Source: Raillietiella orientalis
Lineage: Eukaryota
Length of the DNA stretch: 64,000 nt
Assembly: GCA_036172245.1 (NCBI GenBank)
Contig: JAYWIR010000001.1
Coordinates: forward strand, 11,966,001 to 12,030,000
Reading direction: 5' to 3'
In this document: positions 36,718 through 50,800 of the stretch, piece by piece
How the letters are laid out: each line of letters opens with the position of its first letter
Position numbering within the stretch: the first letter of the stretch is position 1
The notes under the pieces: model-generated
The model's database searches: none
Told to the model about the DNA's origin: nothing
The model's input: the letters and a program-made list of their open reading frames with translations, nothing else
Program-made: the position numbers and the translations under genes

Positions 36718-36781
36718 AGCATCGGGTAGGATGAGGTGGTTCACTTTAAAATGAAGTGAGCCATCTCATCTTACCTATGTT
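36718..36781 (+). ncRNA. Candidate pre-miRNA-like hairpin
   Basis: 24 contiguous pairs (36724-36747 with 36753-36776). All five non-Watson-Crick positions are G.U on the plus strand. Five more pairs follow a 1-nt bulge. Confidence 0.4.
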
Positions 36782-37559
36782 CATATTAGAAAATGAAGGC
36801 TCCTACTATCAACATGGCTTTGGAATTTATGCAGTCGTCCCTGTAGAAAAAAAAAAAAAGCCAATAACGAGCAACGTCCATGGAGCCGTAAGCTAAAATG
36901 GAAGTGGGTTGATCTAGTAGGGAGCAGAGCTCAGATTGCTGTTTTTATGGCTACAGTTCCTTCCGAAAGCTACGACAAAGTCTTGGGTGGAGAGGCATGC
37001 CCGTTTGCATTTACTACACGTTCTTCTGCCTCCATCCTTGAGTCTCAACAACATTGCCCTCCGACTGGAACATGCTCTGCCTAGTGCACGCTTCTGGATG
37101 CATAGTTCGGCATGTTGATCATATGATGTTCGGCTAAAAACAGCCAAACGACCAGCTGAAGAGGAAAAGAGAGCCGAAAGTGCAAACGGTAATCTTAAGC
37201 TGGATGAAAGATCGGCGCGATTCACGACATGCCATCGAATTTATCCTACAGAAATCGCGTCTTGGGAAGCACCTTAGTTCGAATCTCGTACGAAATCGTT
37301 GTACAGTGCACATTCGACATGGTCAACTTTGCTGGAATCGAAATTTTAAAAAAGGTGTTGCCTTTACAGAACGTTGTTGATTGTATCGAGATGGGTAGTC
37401 GAGATGAAAAAAAAAAATAATTTTGGATAATGAAATGAAAGAAACCAAATTGTTGAACAGCAGCATGGATTCCCATAATCAAATGAACAAATCGAGTAAC
37501 ATTACAAAAGCAAAAATAATGGTAAATGATGATGATGGTAAAAGATGATAAAATCTAAT

Positions 37560-39500
37560 TCAACCTTCCTCACGATTGCTTTTCTCCCGTATTCTTCTCG
37601 GGAGAAGAACATCAAGAACAGGGAGACAGGCGCTTTCTGACCACTCCATAGCTAAACTGAATGAGTGGTCAATGACTTTGTCAACATCCGATTTTTGAAC
37701 TTTGTTACTCCCATCTACATTTTCTTCTGCGTGCTCCATGGCAGCGTTCCTGATGGCATCCAGATCATGAACACGATTTCCTTCGTTTCCTACTTCCGCC
37801 CACTCCGCAGTCTCACAGTCACTTGCTACATTTTCCTCTTATTGTGGATCATTAAATGATCGTGCATAGTGTTGCAATGGGTGTACCGTCTTCACCAGTA
37901 AAATGGCCGATCGGTGAATCCAACTCAATTTCTTCAGCCGATGCATCCCAATGCTGAAAAGCATTTACACAGCGACGCTCTTTGGCATTCCGTTCCACGA
38001 CTCTACTGCCATAGAAGCCACATCTTTCAGTGTAGTGCTATTGAAAGCTCCGGGAGTGTCCTCGTCTCGGGATGCCAGTGCCGTCAACAAGTGCTTGCGG
38101 TAGCAGACTTGGAAAGATTTGGATCATGTGCTAGTCGAGTGGTTGTAGGTGATGGGTCACATTCGAGGGCAAAAACACGATTTCGACGCTTTCATTTCCA
38201 ATTGCCTCGTGGCAAGCTGCGTTGTCAACGATTAGCAACGCTTTGACGGGTAGTTTTTTTTCATGTCAGGTACGATGTCCCTTCGGGAATGAATGGTTCC
38301 GAAAACCATTCCTCAAACAAATTTGTCGTGATTTCACGTAAAATATCAGAATTTTGTGGAATAGTTAAGGAATTTCTCTTATCTTTTCCCATCTGCAAAG
38401 AGGTTGAAAAAAGAGTTTCTCCTATCGAATAGCCGAAAAAATGCTGGAAAACTTAAAATGTTGACTATATCAAGGGTTGCTTATGTCAAAAGTTTCTTTT
38501 ATCAAAGATAACTATATCGAATGTGCACTGCACTTATCATTCCGTTCTGCGCCGAACTTGTCACACCCTTATGTATCCTCTGCAGCTTACCAACCAAAGA
38601 TCACACGCTTTTGACTTTGGGTTCAGCTTCTCGCGGTTCGCCGATAATGTTAGGTGCATCAGGCCATTTGAAGACTGTCCAAATTCCTTTCGAAACCCGC
38701 GTATGAAATGCAAGCATTGCATGAAGTGATTTCTGCTGTGAAGCAATCGGTATGTGGAGAGAATGGCATAAACCTCCCGCAGGCAAAGAACAGGCATGTT
38801 GGGATACCCAGTTATCCAGCAATGCTCTCCTATAACGTGCTCCTATAATTTATAACAATTTTTATGCGGGCCATTTCTGAGAAAGGGAGGAAACATCCTC
38901 CCCCTCTTTGGGTTTGATCACTTAACTCTTACATTAGAAGCCGATTCAAACGTGGCAGTCAACTCGTGTCTAATGAGGGCTGCAAATTTTGTATCTGAAC
39001 AGATACGAACTCGAAGATGCCTCTTCCACAGGTCCATCCTCAGAAAGCAAATGTACCCAAGAGATTTGCAAGTAACAGGGAATTTTAAATGATATCTTCT
39101 TGCTGTCATCTTCTGAGGAATGCTTTAGTTGTCTCTGGAAATCCAGTGTTTCTTCGGAATTGCTCCTGTACAATACACAAAGGGAATAGTGCTGACATTT
39201 GCATCGAAAAAACACACAGAAAAAAACTGTCACTCGAAACTTACTTCCCTATGCTCAACGCTTGGGCACTCGCCTTCTGGAAGTTTTCCAAGACTCCCTA
39301 CTAGACTCCAAGCAGAAATTTCCAAAAAAAATCTGGGAGGCCGCAAAAGGCCGGTCAGGCATCTTCGGATCAGCCCATCACCAGACAGATGTCGCAAAGC
39401 AGTTCGCGATGAGGTCACGCATTCAAACCGGCAAAGTGCGTCACCCGAGGCAGTTGAGCTTCCGGAAACGTGTGCGCACAGTCTCTTGCTTCGGACGCCA
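37560..39500 (-). mobile_element. Decayed pogo/Tigger-like (DDE_1) DNA transposase, interrupted by ~0.75 kb of unrelated sequence
   Basis: Minus frames in order: TASGDALCRF...LSGD (CENP-B-like HTH end), RVTVFFC, ITTNLFEEWF...FIPE, KALLIVDNAACH, VEIVFLPSNVTHHLQPLD*, YRKHLL, TLKDVASMAVESW and an acidic C-terminus. Contains stops and frameshifts. Confidence 0.85.
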
Positions 39501-40225
39501 ACGGTCCAACTCTCTAATGCCGGCCGGCTGGGCGGCATTAGAAAACGAAGCGTCCAAGCCGACTTTGGACTTACTAACGTAGGGGTAGACAACAGACAAC
39601 CATGCACGAATTGTAAACAAATGTTTAGATTGCTGCACGAATAACTTAATCGTTGCAACCATCATGATTAAACGTCTTTTGGTTAGCCTCTCGTTTCCAA
39701 AAACACAAAAACAGATGCTTTGCTCCATGGATTTACGCGTCACTTCACGCTGCGATTGAATCACTGCTGCCTACGCAAATGGTTACAATAAAAAGCTGGG
39801 GGAAGCGTCAACTTTTAAGCGAATTCTGCAAATAATGCTTACTACGCTGCAGTATTCATCCCCTACGAGCTGCCGGATGTGCACTACTCGAGCAAATCTT
39901 TTAAACATCCAAAACATTTGTTTCTTTATCGTAAGCACTTGGCATATGGACCACAAATGTGCTGCAGCACATTAAAAACATGCTGTACCCATAACCAAGG
40001 CTCCCTGAATAAAATACCTGATTTTAAAGCAAAGTCCACTTCCATTAATGAAGTGGAAGCACCAAAACTGTATTGGTGTGGTGAACAAAATGTGTAATGG
40101 AAACTGTCTGTGCAACAGAAATTAAACTTTACAAAAATCGTAAAAATTGTTCTTCATCTAAATAAAGTGAATATCCAACCTAACAATACAGAGCTTAAGA
40201 GATTCCTCATTTGGTACCATGTTAC

Positions 40226-43200
40226 TTATTGCTCTGCAAGTGAGAGTCGCAAGGCTTCTTCTAATTCCTGCTGTTCATGGCGTTCGAGTTCTTCATTTTC
40301 ACTCTGTTCTTTTTTAGATAGTGCAAGGACCAGTTGAAATTCAAAGTCAGAATCACATGGAGAAGGAGAAACACGATGTTCCTTTTGCATGAGGCTTTCT
40401 TCTAACGCTCTATAATGAAATCAAACAAGAATTTTTCTAAATCCAACACTTACTTTTGGAACAACGTATCCTCATTCTTGAAAGCAGGAGAGAATGGTGA
40501 AGGTATAGGTCGGGAACCTTTTAAGGCTTCCCAAATATCAACCTTATTTCAAATCTATGTACAGGATGCTATAATGAACAGTGACCAACCTGATCCCTTT
40601 CAGTTCCTGCTTCCAATAAGGACTGCTGAATTGCAAACTGCAGCAAGTCATCTTCCTCATCAACAGCCAAACCAAGTGGTAATCCGTTACCAACATGTTG
40701 ATAGCCTGCTGGAGGATCAAAACAGCTTTCATCTATACTGCAGATCACTGCATCATTGCTTTTGTGACAAGTAATTCCAGGTACTGGTTCATCCATTCCA
40801 AAAATGTTGCTAAAGGTGATTTGGGCAGTGAGTACATGAAATAAAGGAATCTCTAAAGTGGCATAATAAACCTCATCAATTAAACACCAACCAATTTTTA
40901 CAGGAAAACCAGCAGGAAGTTGCAAATGAATAAAGTCCTTCAAGCGGGCAAAATGAGAACTGGATGTGGACATAATCTCTACAATTGGAAGGACTTGATC
41001 TGCTAGGCACAATGGGAAACTATCACAAAGCCAAAGGGTGGCCTACAGCTTGAGCTTGAATCTTAATGTCAGCATTTTGGCTGACCTTGAATTTTTGAAT
41101 TTTGGAGCTGACAATTTCGGGTTTGCCAATGTCATGATCTTTCGCTTCAAAACTAGAGTCAAAGTATTCTTCTAATGTAACACTCCCATGCTGGTTTGTC
41201 TACAACAAGACTAAATAAACCTCCAGTTCCCTTTCAAATCATTTACCTCATTGCTATCCATATTGCTCATGCTGCTTCCTGGATCCAAAACTGGATCAGT
41301 AGGATTCTGCATGTCTGCTCTAGGTAACTGCTCTGATTTCCTATCAGTGAGATGCTCAGTCCGAGTTTTAGTGACCAGCTGAACATTGCTAGCACTAAAT
41401 ACCTTACATACATAACCATTCACTTCCTCTTCTTTGTTTGAAAGCCAGCCCCAAAACCCACTTTTCACCCTTTAAATGACATTCACAATATAATGTGTTC
41501 TTTGTCATATTTGTACCTTTCAAATGCGATATTCTTGGTCTCTAGATATGTAGTAGTAATAGGCGCTATCAATTTGGCAGCTATAACTTCTTCTTGACAT
41601 TGCAATGGAGGAATCTCTTCTGAGATTTGCATACATTCTGAATACACTTCCTTGCTGTTATGATCAACTTCCAACAGCAGTGCTTTCCCCATCTCTGTAA
41701 GCAAAATGTTCATATTATTTTCATATTTTCAATATAAAAGCTGGATGATTGATTATTTTGAACGAAAACTGAGAATACTGCTAATGCTATAGAATGTTAA
41801 AGAGATGAAAAAATTATTTCCAGATGTACCAACCACTTAAGAGAGAAATGACTGAGAAAAAAGGCACACAACTTCAAACACAAAAAATAAATTGCACATT
41901 AGTTTTTCCTCAATGTATTATTCCTATGCTAAAAAATACTTTAAAAAAACATTTGAAATTTCATCACAACTGCTAAGAAAATCTAATGAACAATCATATA
42001 CAGAAATGGCTAATGTAAAGGCAACACCAGTTTTTCATATGATGCTTTTCACATCCACATGTACAACATGTGGGTGTGAAAAGATGTTGTACAACAGGAT
42101 CCTATTAAAAGTTGGATCCTACTCTTTGTTACTGTTCACGGTAATATAAGAAAAAGCTAATGCAACCATGTATCCAAATAAATATAGATGCCTGGGTAGA
42201 AATACTCCTTTGCTGATTAAAAAACCATTTTGTTGTTATTAGTTTTGAAACGAATTCTGCTTCTCAGATAGAAAACCACTAGCCACTATATTTTTGATTT
42301 TCCTTTTGCTACATTATGTTTTCTGATTGCCAGAAACTTGCAATGTCTACTATTCAAGTTGGAATTTTGAAATACCTACCTTTACTATTGAAGATGTAGC
42401 TCTTCTTGCCTCTCTGCCAAGTATTTTGCTCCAATCCCAAAAGTGTTGTATCAATTCGTACCTGACTACCTTTTTTATAAACACGATAAACATCACTTGG
42501 AAAAACATGAGAAACAAGAGGCACTGAATCATTTTCCAATACCACTGGGACTTTAAAAACTCTTACCCCAACTTGTAAACTCCCACTTCATCTCAACATA
42601 AAAGTCTGGTGCCTGCTGAAGTTTCTCAAGCAGCTTTGGAATACTAGCAGATCGGCAACGATACTTTTGATAATCTCTTTCTTCAAGGACAGCTTGAAGC
42701 AACTCAGGATCTCCTGTTGCTATTGCTTCTTGAGTTACTGGAAAAATAGAACTTTGGAGCATTTAAAAAACTCCAAAGACTACTGAGATGTATATAACTC
42801 ATATTACATGAGTAGTATAAAGCACACACAAAAACATAAGAGACTGATTAGAAGTTTATGAACTGAATTCCTGAGTTTGCAAATATTGTGATCCGATGGA
42901 AAAAAAATACTACATGCACACATTATTAATTATGAGTCCTCTGAAGGATATCTAATTGCAATTAAGAAGAGCAATGATAAAAAAGATGGATAAAATTGTA
43001 ATGAGGAGAAAAACAAGGTTAGTTAGATATGAATAGTGAGGATTTCTTTTTAAATTGTCTCGCTGAAATTTTTTTATACATAAAAGGAGACTTAGAAATT
43101 CCCTCATAATCTTAACTTCCTTGATTCCATAACTAGCTATATCATAAAAGTAACTGCATGCATTTAAGAAATACAACTTGAATAAATACGCTTCATTGCA

Positions 43201-44523
43201 AAATAAAGCAATGAAGTAGTTTAAAAACCTGGGATTATCAAAAAAAACACCTTCAGCATAAGAACGTATAAAATGCCAAACATGTGTAAGAAATACATTT
43301 AGATTTGCATCTAAAAAATGTTTAGATTTACATATCATAAATTTGTAAATTTAAACTTGATTTTTATAGGTTTAATGCCAAGACTTTTCCAATAGAGCTA
43401 TCTCTTCAAGTAATTCCCAAAGGATCAGGAGTAAATAATTCTTATGAACTCAGGATGAAAAGAATTAGCATGTTTTGTGTGTAGCGAACAGGAAATATGA
43501 TTCAAAATAACTGCATAACTTTTAAAAATTTTGGGATAAATCAGAAGGAAATAACAAACCAGTTTTTTTTTTTAAATCAAAATAATTGAGGTTTACAATT
43601 TTGTCTGATGCCAAAATATTTATTGTTCTTCATAAGTCTTCTCCTGCATATGATGCATGATGCTCATTTCTTTTCAGTCCCACTAAGCATTTACTTATAA
43701 TGTTTTTAACAGAATTATGTATATCCCATCATAAATGCAAAGAATCTTTACAGAAATCATGAAATCCACTTTGGTCACCACCCTACTACATACTTATTTT
43801 GCCTTTTTGTTAAACTCCATGGGTGGGAATATGAAAATGAAAATTTTACTGTCACTACCCACTCTTACGTATACAGCTTTAAATTATCACAACTTAAAGC
43901 CATCACATTGTTTTCAAATTGCGTACTAGTATTATAATGCAAACCCCTTGGATAACGGATAATTAACAAAATGGTTGAATATCTTTTCCACATGGCCTTA
44001 TATTTTGGAATGTTTTGGAGCATCATAATTTTTAACATTACGATAAGATATGCTAATGGAAAATGAACTTTATTTATTTGAAATATAAATCTTTTAAATG
44101 GGAGCACGAAATAATTTCACTTCATTCCGAAACCGTTTGCCATACAAATCAAAATTTGAATAATTGCTTAAACCACGTGCACAATGATGTACACTTTGAA
44201 CTTACATTTAATTGTGAAAAAATCAAGTATTTTACCTGTCCAACCCCCGACGCTTTCAATATTTACATTAACATTGTATCTCAAAAGTATTTTTGTTGAT
44301 TCTAAGTGACCGAGCTTCACAGCCAACATTAAAGGACTTCTACCCCTTGGATCTAGTTTTTCTTTGGCCCACTACAATAAAATCAATGATTTCATTTTAC
44401 CGAAGAAAGAAAGGATTCTACTTCATCTGAGTTTTTTAAGACTGTTTCTAATTCCTTCGTGTTATTGTACCAAACATAATAGTGAATTGGGTACTCTTTT
44501 CTTACAAAGTCTTCTGAAACCAT
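40226..44523 (-). CDS. ANKRD13: Ankyrin repeat domain-containing protein 13 (ANKRD13A/B/D-like, with C-terminal UIMs); 11 exons, 584 aa
   Basis: Exons 44523-44422, 44371-44236, 42737-42567, 42523-42380, 41694-41517, 41469-41247, 41199-41086, 41042-40892, 40852-40590, 40542-40454, 40409-40226 (1755 nt open). Motifs EYPIH, [50 protein letters not shown], and UIMs LLQFAIQQSL and LEEALRLSL. Confidence 0.93.
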
Positions 44524-47500
44524 GTTTTCATTGATGACTGGTTTGCTAGAATAATCTTTGTATGTAATTCATAACAGTCAATTAGTTTTCACCAAATCTC
44601 TACAATAAACATACCAACAAACGGGACCGATGACTTGCTTGAATCAGCCTTCCTAAAGAGCAATGGTCTACAATTTCATTGTTGCCAAGAAACTTGATAC
44701 CTTTATACTTTTAACATCAATAATAATTTTCTTGTAAACATCAACATGATTGCTTACAGGAAAGTTCAGTGGAATTTTTGAAATAAATGCTTCTGTTTGC
44801 TATTCTGTCATAGTGTTTTAATTAGCCTCTCATCATAGTCATCATTAGCTTTGATCATCAGTTTTGTATTGTTTATAACGATTTTATAAAAAGAACACCT
44901 GTCTGCATTGTACACTTTTGATAACTGATATTATTCGCGAAAAGAATACCTTTCAATATAAATTCTTCAAGTTATAAAAAAAAACTTTGAACTCATCTAA
45001 AAAATTTCAATTAAAGACTTTAAAAAAAAAAAAGGAATTCGGTCATCAAGCCTGTTTTCTTGTTGGCATTGCTTAATCTTGTGTTAATTAACCACAAAAA
45101 TTTTTAAATTTGAAAAATTTCCATTGTTTGTTTTTTTTCTAGAGAAAAAATACTATAAATGACTATTTTAAAAAAACGCAGGTACAAAATATTCTTGAGT
45201 GATGAGGATAGCTTTCAAAGTTTTATATCAGTAGATGTTTAAAGAATGTCGACATCAAAAAGCATTGAAACAGCAAATAATCTTTAGAAAACTCAATTCT
45301 CTGAAGTTTTAAAGTTTCAGAGAATGAGAACATAACACATCTGAATCGTAAGCTGCATACCATAATGTAAAAATAATTTACGTAGGACAATCTGAAAAAA
45401 AAAGTCTACATACGTACAAAGTAACTCACTAACAACGTGAAGGCAAACTGCTGACAAATCTAATAATGAAAGGAGGAAGAAATGAAACTTTATAAACGAA
45501 AATTCTTTTAAAACAGCATTGGGAATAACTTTGATTATTCCCAATGATGTTTGAAAAGAATAAGACACTTCAAGATTTACTGAGAACTATGGCAAATATT
45601 TATGATTGAAATGAGTCATGCACCCAAATTATAAAATATTTTGATATTTTTAGGAATAGTTTACACATGGCATGTTTGTATAAAAATTCTAAGGAAAAAA
45701 AAGCAGCAGTTCTAAACTTTATTTTCCGATGATCCGATCTTCCACAACCTTTATACAACTTGAATGGTTAATGAATGTCAGTTAAAGCAACTATTCAGAA
45801 ACTGCATGTGACTAAAAAGGGAAAGACCGAAAATGCCATAGAAAAATAATTTTAAAACTTTCGACCTGATGGACGAATTCGAAATTGAACAATAGAATTG
45901 AACTGAATTTGTCTGTTAGCTTAGTGCTTCTAAACTTCCAAAACATACAATTTCATATCATGTAATTGGAGTTTTATATTTTAATGGAATAATTGCGACT
46001 TTCAAGAACATTTATAGACCTGATAATTTTGGGATCTGGAATTGAGATCTCAGTATTGGCATCAACATTGGAGAAATGCAAGGATACAAAAGAGGTTGTC
46101 GCAGATATGATTGCGAGAAAGAAAACAGTAAAAATTCAGTGTTTATTAAGAATGAATGTTTTCAATGATTTGTCTATCATCTTATTGAGGGGAGTTCATA
46201 TAAAATTGGAGTGGGGTACCGATGAGCAGTATGATCTACAATTCGAATACAAGCGTCAACTTTTTGTTGCTGATACAAAAATAATGGAATAAAGAACGAA
46301 CATATTAGTTGTAAACAATTTCGCACTGGAAGGACTCTAAGAGAATTTAGAATATGTTTTTGACTTTTTAAAAGAGAAAGGTTTAAAGAGACAGAACTAA
46401 ACCAATAACCAAATTAAAAAGTATAACAGTAAAGTTGTTATTTTATATTAGAAATGCTATAAGTGGTAAATAAACAATATGGCGATTACGTCAATTTAGC
46501 TTGTTTCTACATCGGGATAATCTGTTTTGTTCCTTACATTCTAAGAAGCCTTCTACAAAATGATTTTTCTAGTGATCCTTAAATTTATTAAATCTGTAGT
46601 TCTCATGTGCATATGAAGATTCGCCTTTTGATACTATTCACGTGAAACATTTGAGCATATCTTCTGAATTTCCTAAGCAATTTGAATTATTTTTGATTTA
46701 TTATCATTTCATTAGGGTTGCTGCCGCACACATGGAAATCAAAGTCGGGTATATCAATTAAAAGTCCTATGTACTCTCAATTTCAAGGTCTGTCAGCTCT
46801 GGTTAAACAAGGAGCATCCGGAAAATTGTTACAAGAAAAACAGTGTACGAGTCCAAATTCTTATTTCCCTTTAATTAAGATAATATCGCGTTTTAAAAGA
46901 TCCCGAAGATGCATTTGCTTCAAATAACTGACAATTGAAGAAAAAAAGAAGAAGAAAAGAAATTGGAAAAATGAAGAATAATGCCGAATATTAAAACCAA
47001 TATCACGCATCAGTCAGCAATTTCTACACGAAGTATTTGCGAGAAGGGATAATTTACTGATGTTGGTACATGTTTGTGAGAATTTGTTTATCACTTGGAA
47101 ATGAAGACAGTCATCCTATTCTCAATTCTGCTTTTGTGCTTTGGGAAGGTTGTAGTTTATGAAGAGCAATCGGGTTAAGAACCTTAAGGTGCACGCCATG
47201 GCAGTGAGCAATGCTGATATTACAGCATGCAATGCACATTATAATCGAATATTGTAGTGGCTATCCTGCAACACGTAATTTCGCTAAACATTGGAAATCA
47301 ATTCCAAGTGATGCATAATAGAAGGGTTTGTTCAGTGCTTTGACAGTAATCAAGAAAAGCGTTATTTGAGTAGTGCTATAACCTCTCGTAAAATTATTTT
47401 TTCCCAGATTCTATTCCGTTTTGGTATGTGAGTTGACTTTCAGAAGCCTTTAACATATTTACAAGAAGTATTCTCAGTATCATATGTGTAGCACGAGAAA

Positions 47501-47832
47501 TTGCATAAATTGCACTTCATTAATAAGGTTTTGCATTTTTGTTACAGATCAAATGCCATACGTGAGCCAGTTATGTCAAACAATGTGCATTAAAATGAAA
47601 AAAAAAAAAAAATAAAAGTCAATTGAGTGTAAGCCACAAAACCTGAAAGGGTAATCGTTTTGATTAGTTTCATTAAGTAGCAGATGATTTTTATGGTCCT
47701 AAATCAGTCATTTCCACAGTAAGCATGTTGCTGATTACTGTCAAAATAAAAAGGTGCTTGAGCCTATTTAGAATAATATGCAGTCTTTCAAATATTCATC
47801 AACAGAGCTTTATCCACGCACATTGAAAGATT

Positions 47833-50800
47833 ATGTCACAAAATGGTAACTCTTCGATTATTCCCAATGGTGTTGAACCATCTGTGACCTCACAAGATAC
47901 CTTGAATGTAACAAACTATGCATATGTTTATTCTGCCCCCAATGTCCCCCACTCTTTTCCACAGTCAATGTATAATTACAGTGCACTTCCCCCATCAACA
48001 ATTTTTCAGATCCCTTATTCTCAGTCAAACCTTCTGTGTTATCAACCACCTATTGTAATTACCCAGGATAACCCAGCATACACTTCTTATGCAAGTCCTG
48101 TTCCCTCTAGCAATGGAACTGCATATTGTTCACAGAGTATGATGCCATATGTTAATTCTCCCACATATGTGAACTATAATTTTACTCAAGGTTCCCAAGT
48201 TGCAAATAGTGTTGGATCACCAGGCTTTGATAATTTGTATAATACTAATCCTAACTCTTATTCTGTATATCAATTGAATACAAATATGAGGATGTCTGCT
48301 GGAGGACATCCATCTGAATCCATCAGTAGATGTAACAAAAAACATGACGTTGATCAATGCCCATCTGCTCCACCTGTTTCCAGTCAGTACATTGGCAGCA
48401 ATCAGAGACTTGAGGTGTCCCATATAAGCAGTGAATTTGATAACTACTATATGAACATTAAGCCAGAATCTCATAAAGCCAGAAGATGTGATGAATTCAA
48501 AAGATCCCAGGACATGTCTTTGAATAATTTACCATTGTCAAGATCATTAAAATGCATGGAAAATGTATCTGATGTAAAAACAATAGAACCATCTTGTGGT
48601 GCTTATGTAAATTACACGAATCCAGAAGACAGTGATTTCTGTGGTTATGACAAGGAGGCATGCCTCAGGAAGATGGATAACCTTGCTGATGATCATGTTA
48701 ATTCGGGGGATCGGAAATATTCGTTACGTCCTGTAGATAAAAGTGATATATCATGTGTAAGGGTTGAATATGACCATCCTTCACAATATTCCAAAAAAAC
48801 AAAATTAGTTACAACTACAGCTAATAAATCAGGAATGACAGGAAAGCATAAAACAGTTAAAGACTTAAAACGAATTCAGAATAGATATGAGGAAGGATGC
48901 AGTCAATATGATAGTGATTTTGCATCTGGCAGCAGTGATAAGTAATGTGTGGATCATTAATGAGGAAGTATTAACACCCATTTATTAGTTGGGAGAAGCA
49001 GATCATGAATTGGTTGCATCAAACGGAAGAATCCGAGGTAAAAGAATCCTGGATACGAAGCTCACCTGCAGATTTGTATTATATTCGTGATGAAGAGTGA
49101 GTCACTTGAATCAGTGATCAAGTTTTACTTTTGTATTATTATATAGAAATCCAAAAATAATGAGAGCAGCACTGAAGTTAAAAAAGTTATGTGAAAACTT
49201 TACAAATATTTTGTTACAAAGAAGGCAATATCAAAATAATGCAGCCAATGAAGTAAGGTTAAATAATTCTGTGCAGCACAATTCAAATACCAATGGTAAA
49301 TGTGCATTGTTGTGCATGAATCACAAGGGATTTTCTTTCAGATGATCCAATAAAATCAGGTTCGTCTACTATTTGTAACTATACTATCGGAGGAAATTCT
49401 AAAAGTAACAGCAGTAGCACAAGCGATGAAGATGATGGAATCAGTTCAACCATGAAGGAGTTGGAAAGGAAAAAAGCCCATAAAGATAGACTCCATCCAG
49501 AGTTATGGTACAATGATCCAGGACAGGTAAGATCTGTCTGTAGTGACTACACAAGTATACAACAATTTGACTGCATGAGTACAAGTAAAATTTTGCAGTA
49601 GAAGTGTTGATAAAGATGCTCATAAAGATTTATGAGATAAATGCATAGAATTCAATCTTTCAAAAAAATTATCCTGAGAATAAAACCAACATTCAACAGA
49701 GAAAAAGACAGCTGCATTCAAGCATTTTGTGTGAAGACTTTCAACAATAATTTTGAAAATATTTTCATATTGGTTTAAATTTGTATTCATGATTGTTTGT
49801 TTGCTTCACGTTTGATCTTTTCACATAGTTAGAAAAATTACATTATAATTTGATTCGCATTTGGATTCTTGGTGTCATGAAGTTAAAAAAAATCAGCTTT
49901 CCTAATTATGATGCTTCACTGTTTCATTTACACAATTCCTTTGCTGCCAGTTTGGTTGGCTGCTCGATATTCAAGTTTTTTCCAAAACTTCAGCAGATGC
50001 TGGACATTTAATGTTTTCATGTTTTCATATTCTAATAATCAATGTAAAGAGCATAAATGTCCTGTTATAAAATTTAGAATTAAATCAATGTTGATCTCTT
50101 TTTGCCATTCCTTCCTTCTCATTCTCTGCAAATCATGTGATTTATTTCAGCAGCAGAAGATCAGTTGGTTATGTGAACCTTGTTCTATGATTCTGTGTTG
50201 TTGATTTTGCCTTGATTTTCGACTTTTTTGTGTTTTATGTTTAACTAATCTGCACTGTTTGGTTGATGTTTTATTTCAATTCTTGGAGATTAAAAAAATC
50301 ACAAACAAGAATTCTTGTGTGTAATTTTTTCAATACTGAAACTGATAGCTTAATGTTCATAAGCCTTGAGTCAAAAATGGTCAAATAATGTTATTTATAA
50401 GCTAAAAACATTACTTCAGTTGTTAGGTGCACTTCATCTCTGCCAGTCTTAAGTGATAAGCACTAATAGCTGTTATGGTATTAGTACTTTGCATCCATTA
50501 ACATCCTTTAGACATGTGAAATGTAGCACCTTTAAGCCATTGCTTTCCAAACCTTATTTGGTTTAGTGGAAGTAGCAACATGAATTTAGTAATTTATGGG
50601 CTTAATTACCTGATTGCTAAACTGTATAGTGTTAGAAAAAAAATTTCCTTTTTTCCGATGTTCTTAATGATCGTGGACTGCATGCAAGGAATACTGAAAT
50701 GTTCAATTTTAGATGAATGATGGTCCAGTATGTCGATGTAGTCTTAAAGCTCGTAAATCCGGAATTCGACATGGTTTTTATTCTGGAGAAAAACATCTAC

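Noticed and set aside
37715-37795. Cofilin-like peptide KEIVFMIWMP...KKM on the minus strand
   Set aside because: It is bounded by stops, and the overlapping frame is the Tigger transposase C-terminus.
42952-43338. 128-aa hydrophobic minus-strand ORF and similar ORFs in AT-rich introns and intergenic DNA
   Set aside because: It lies inside ANKRD13 intron 2, and the F/L/I/K/N-rich composition reflects AT-rich noncoding sequence.
47101-47178. 25-codon signal-peptide-like ORF (MKTVILFSILLLCFGK...) upstream of Drosha
   Set aside because: Too short, and no convincing downstream exon was found. It may be chance or a uORF.
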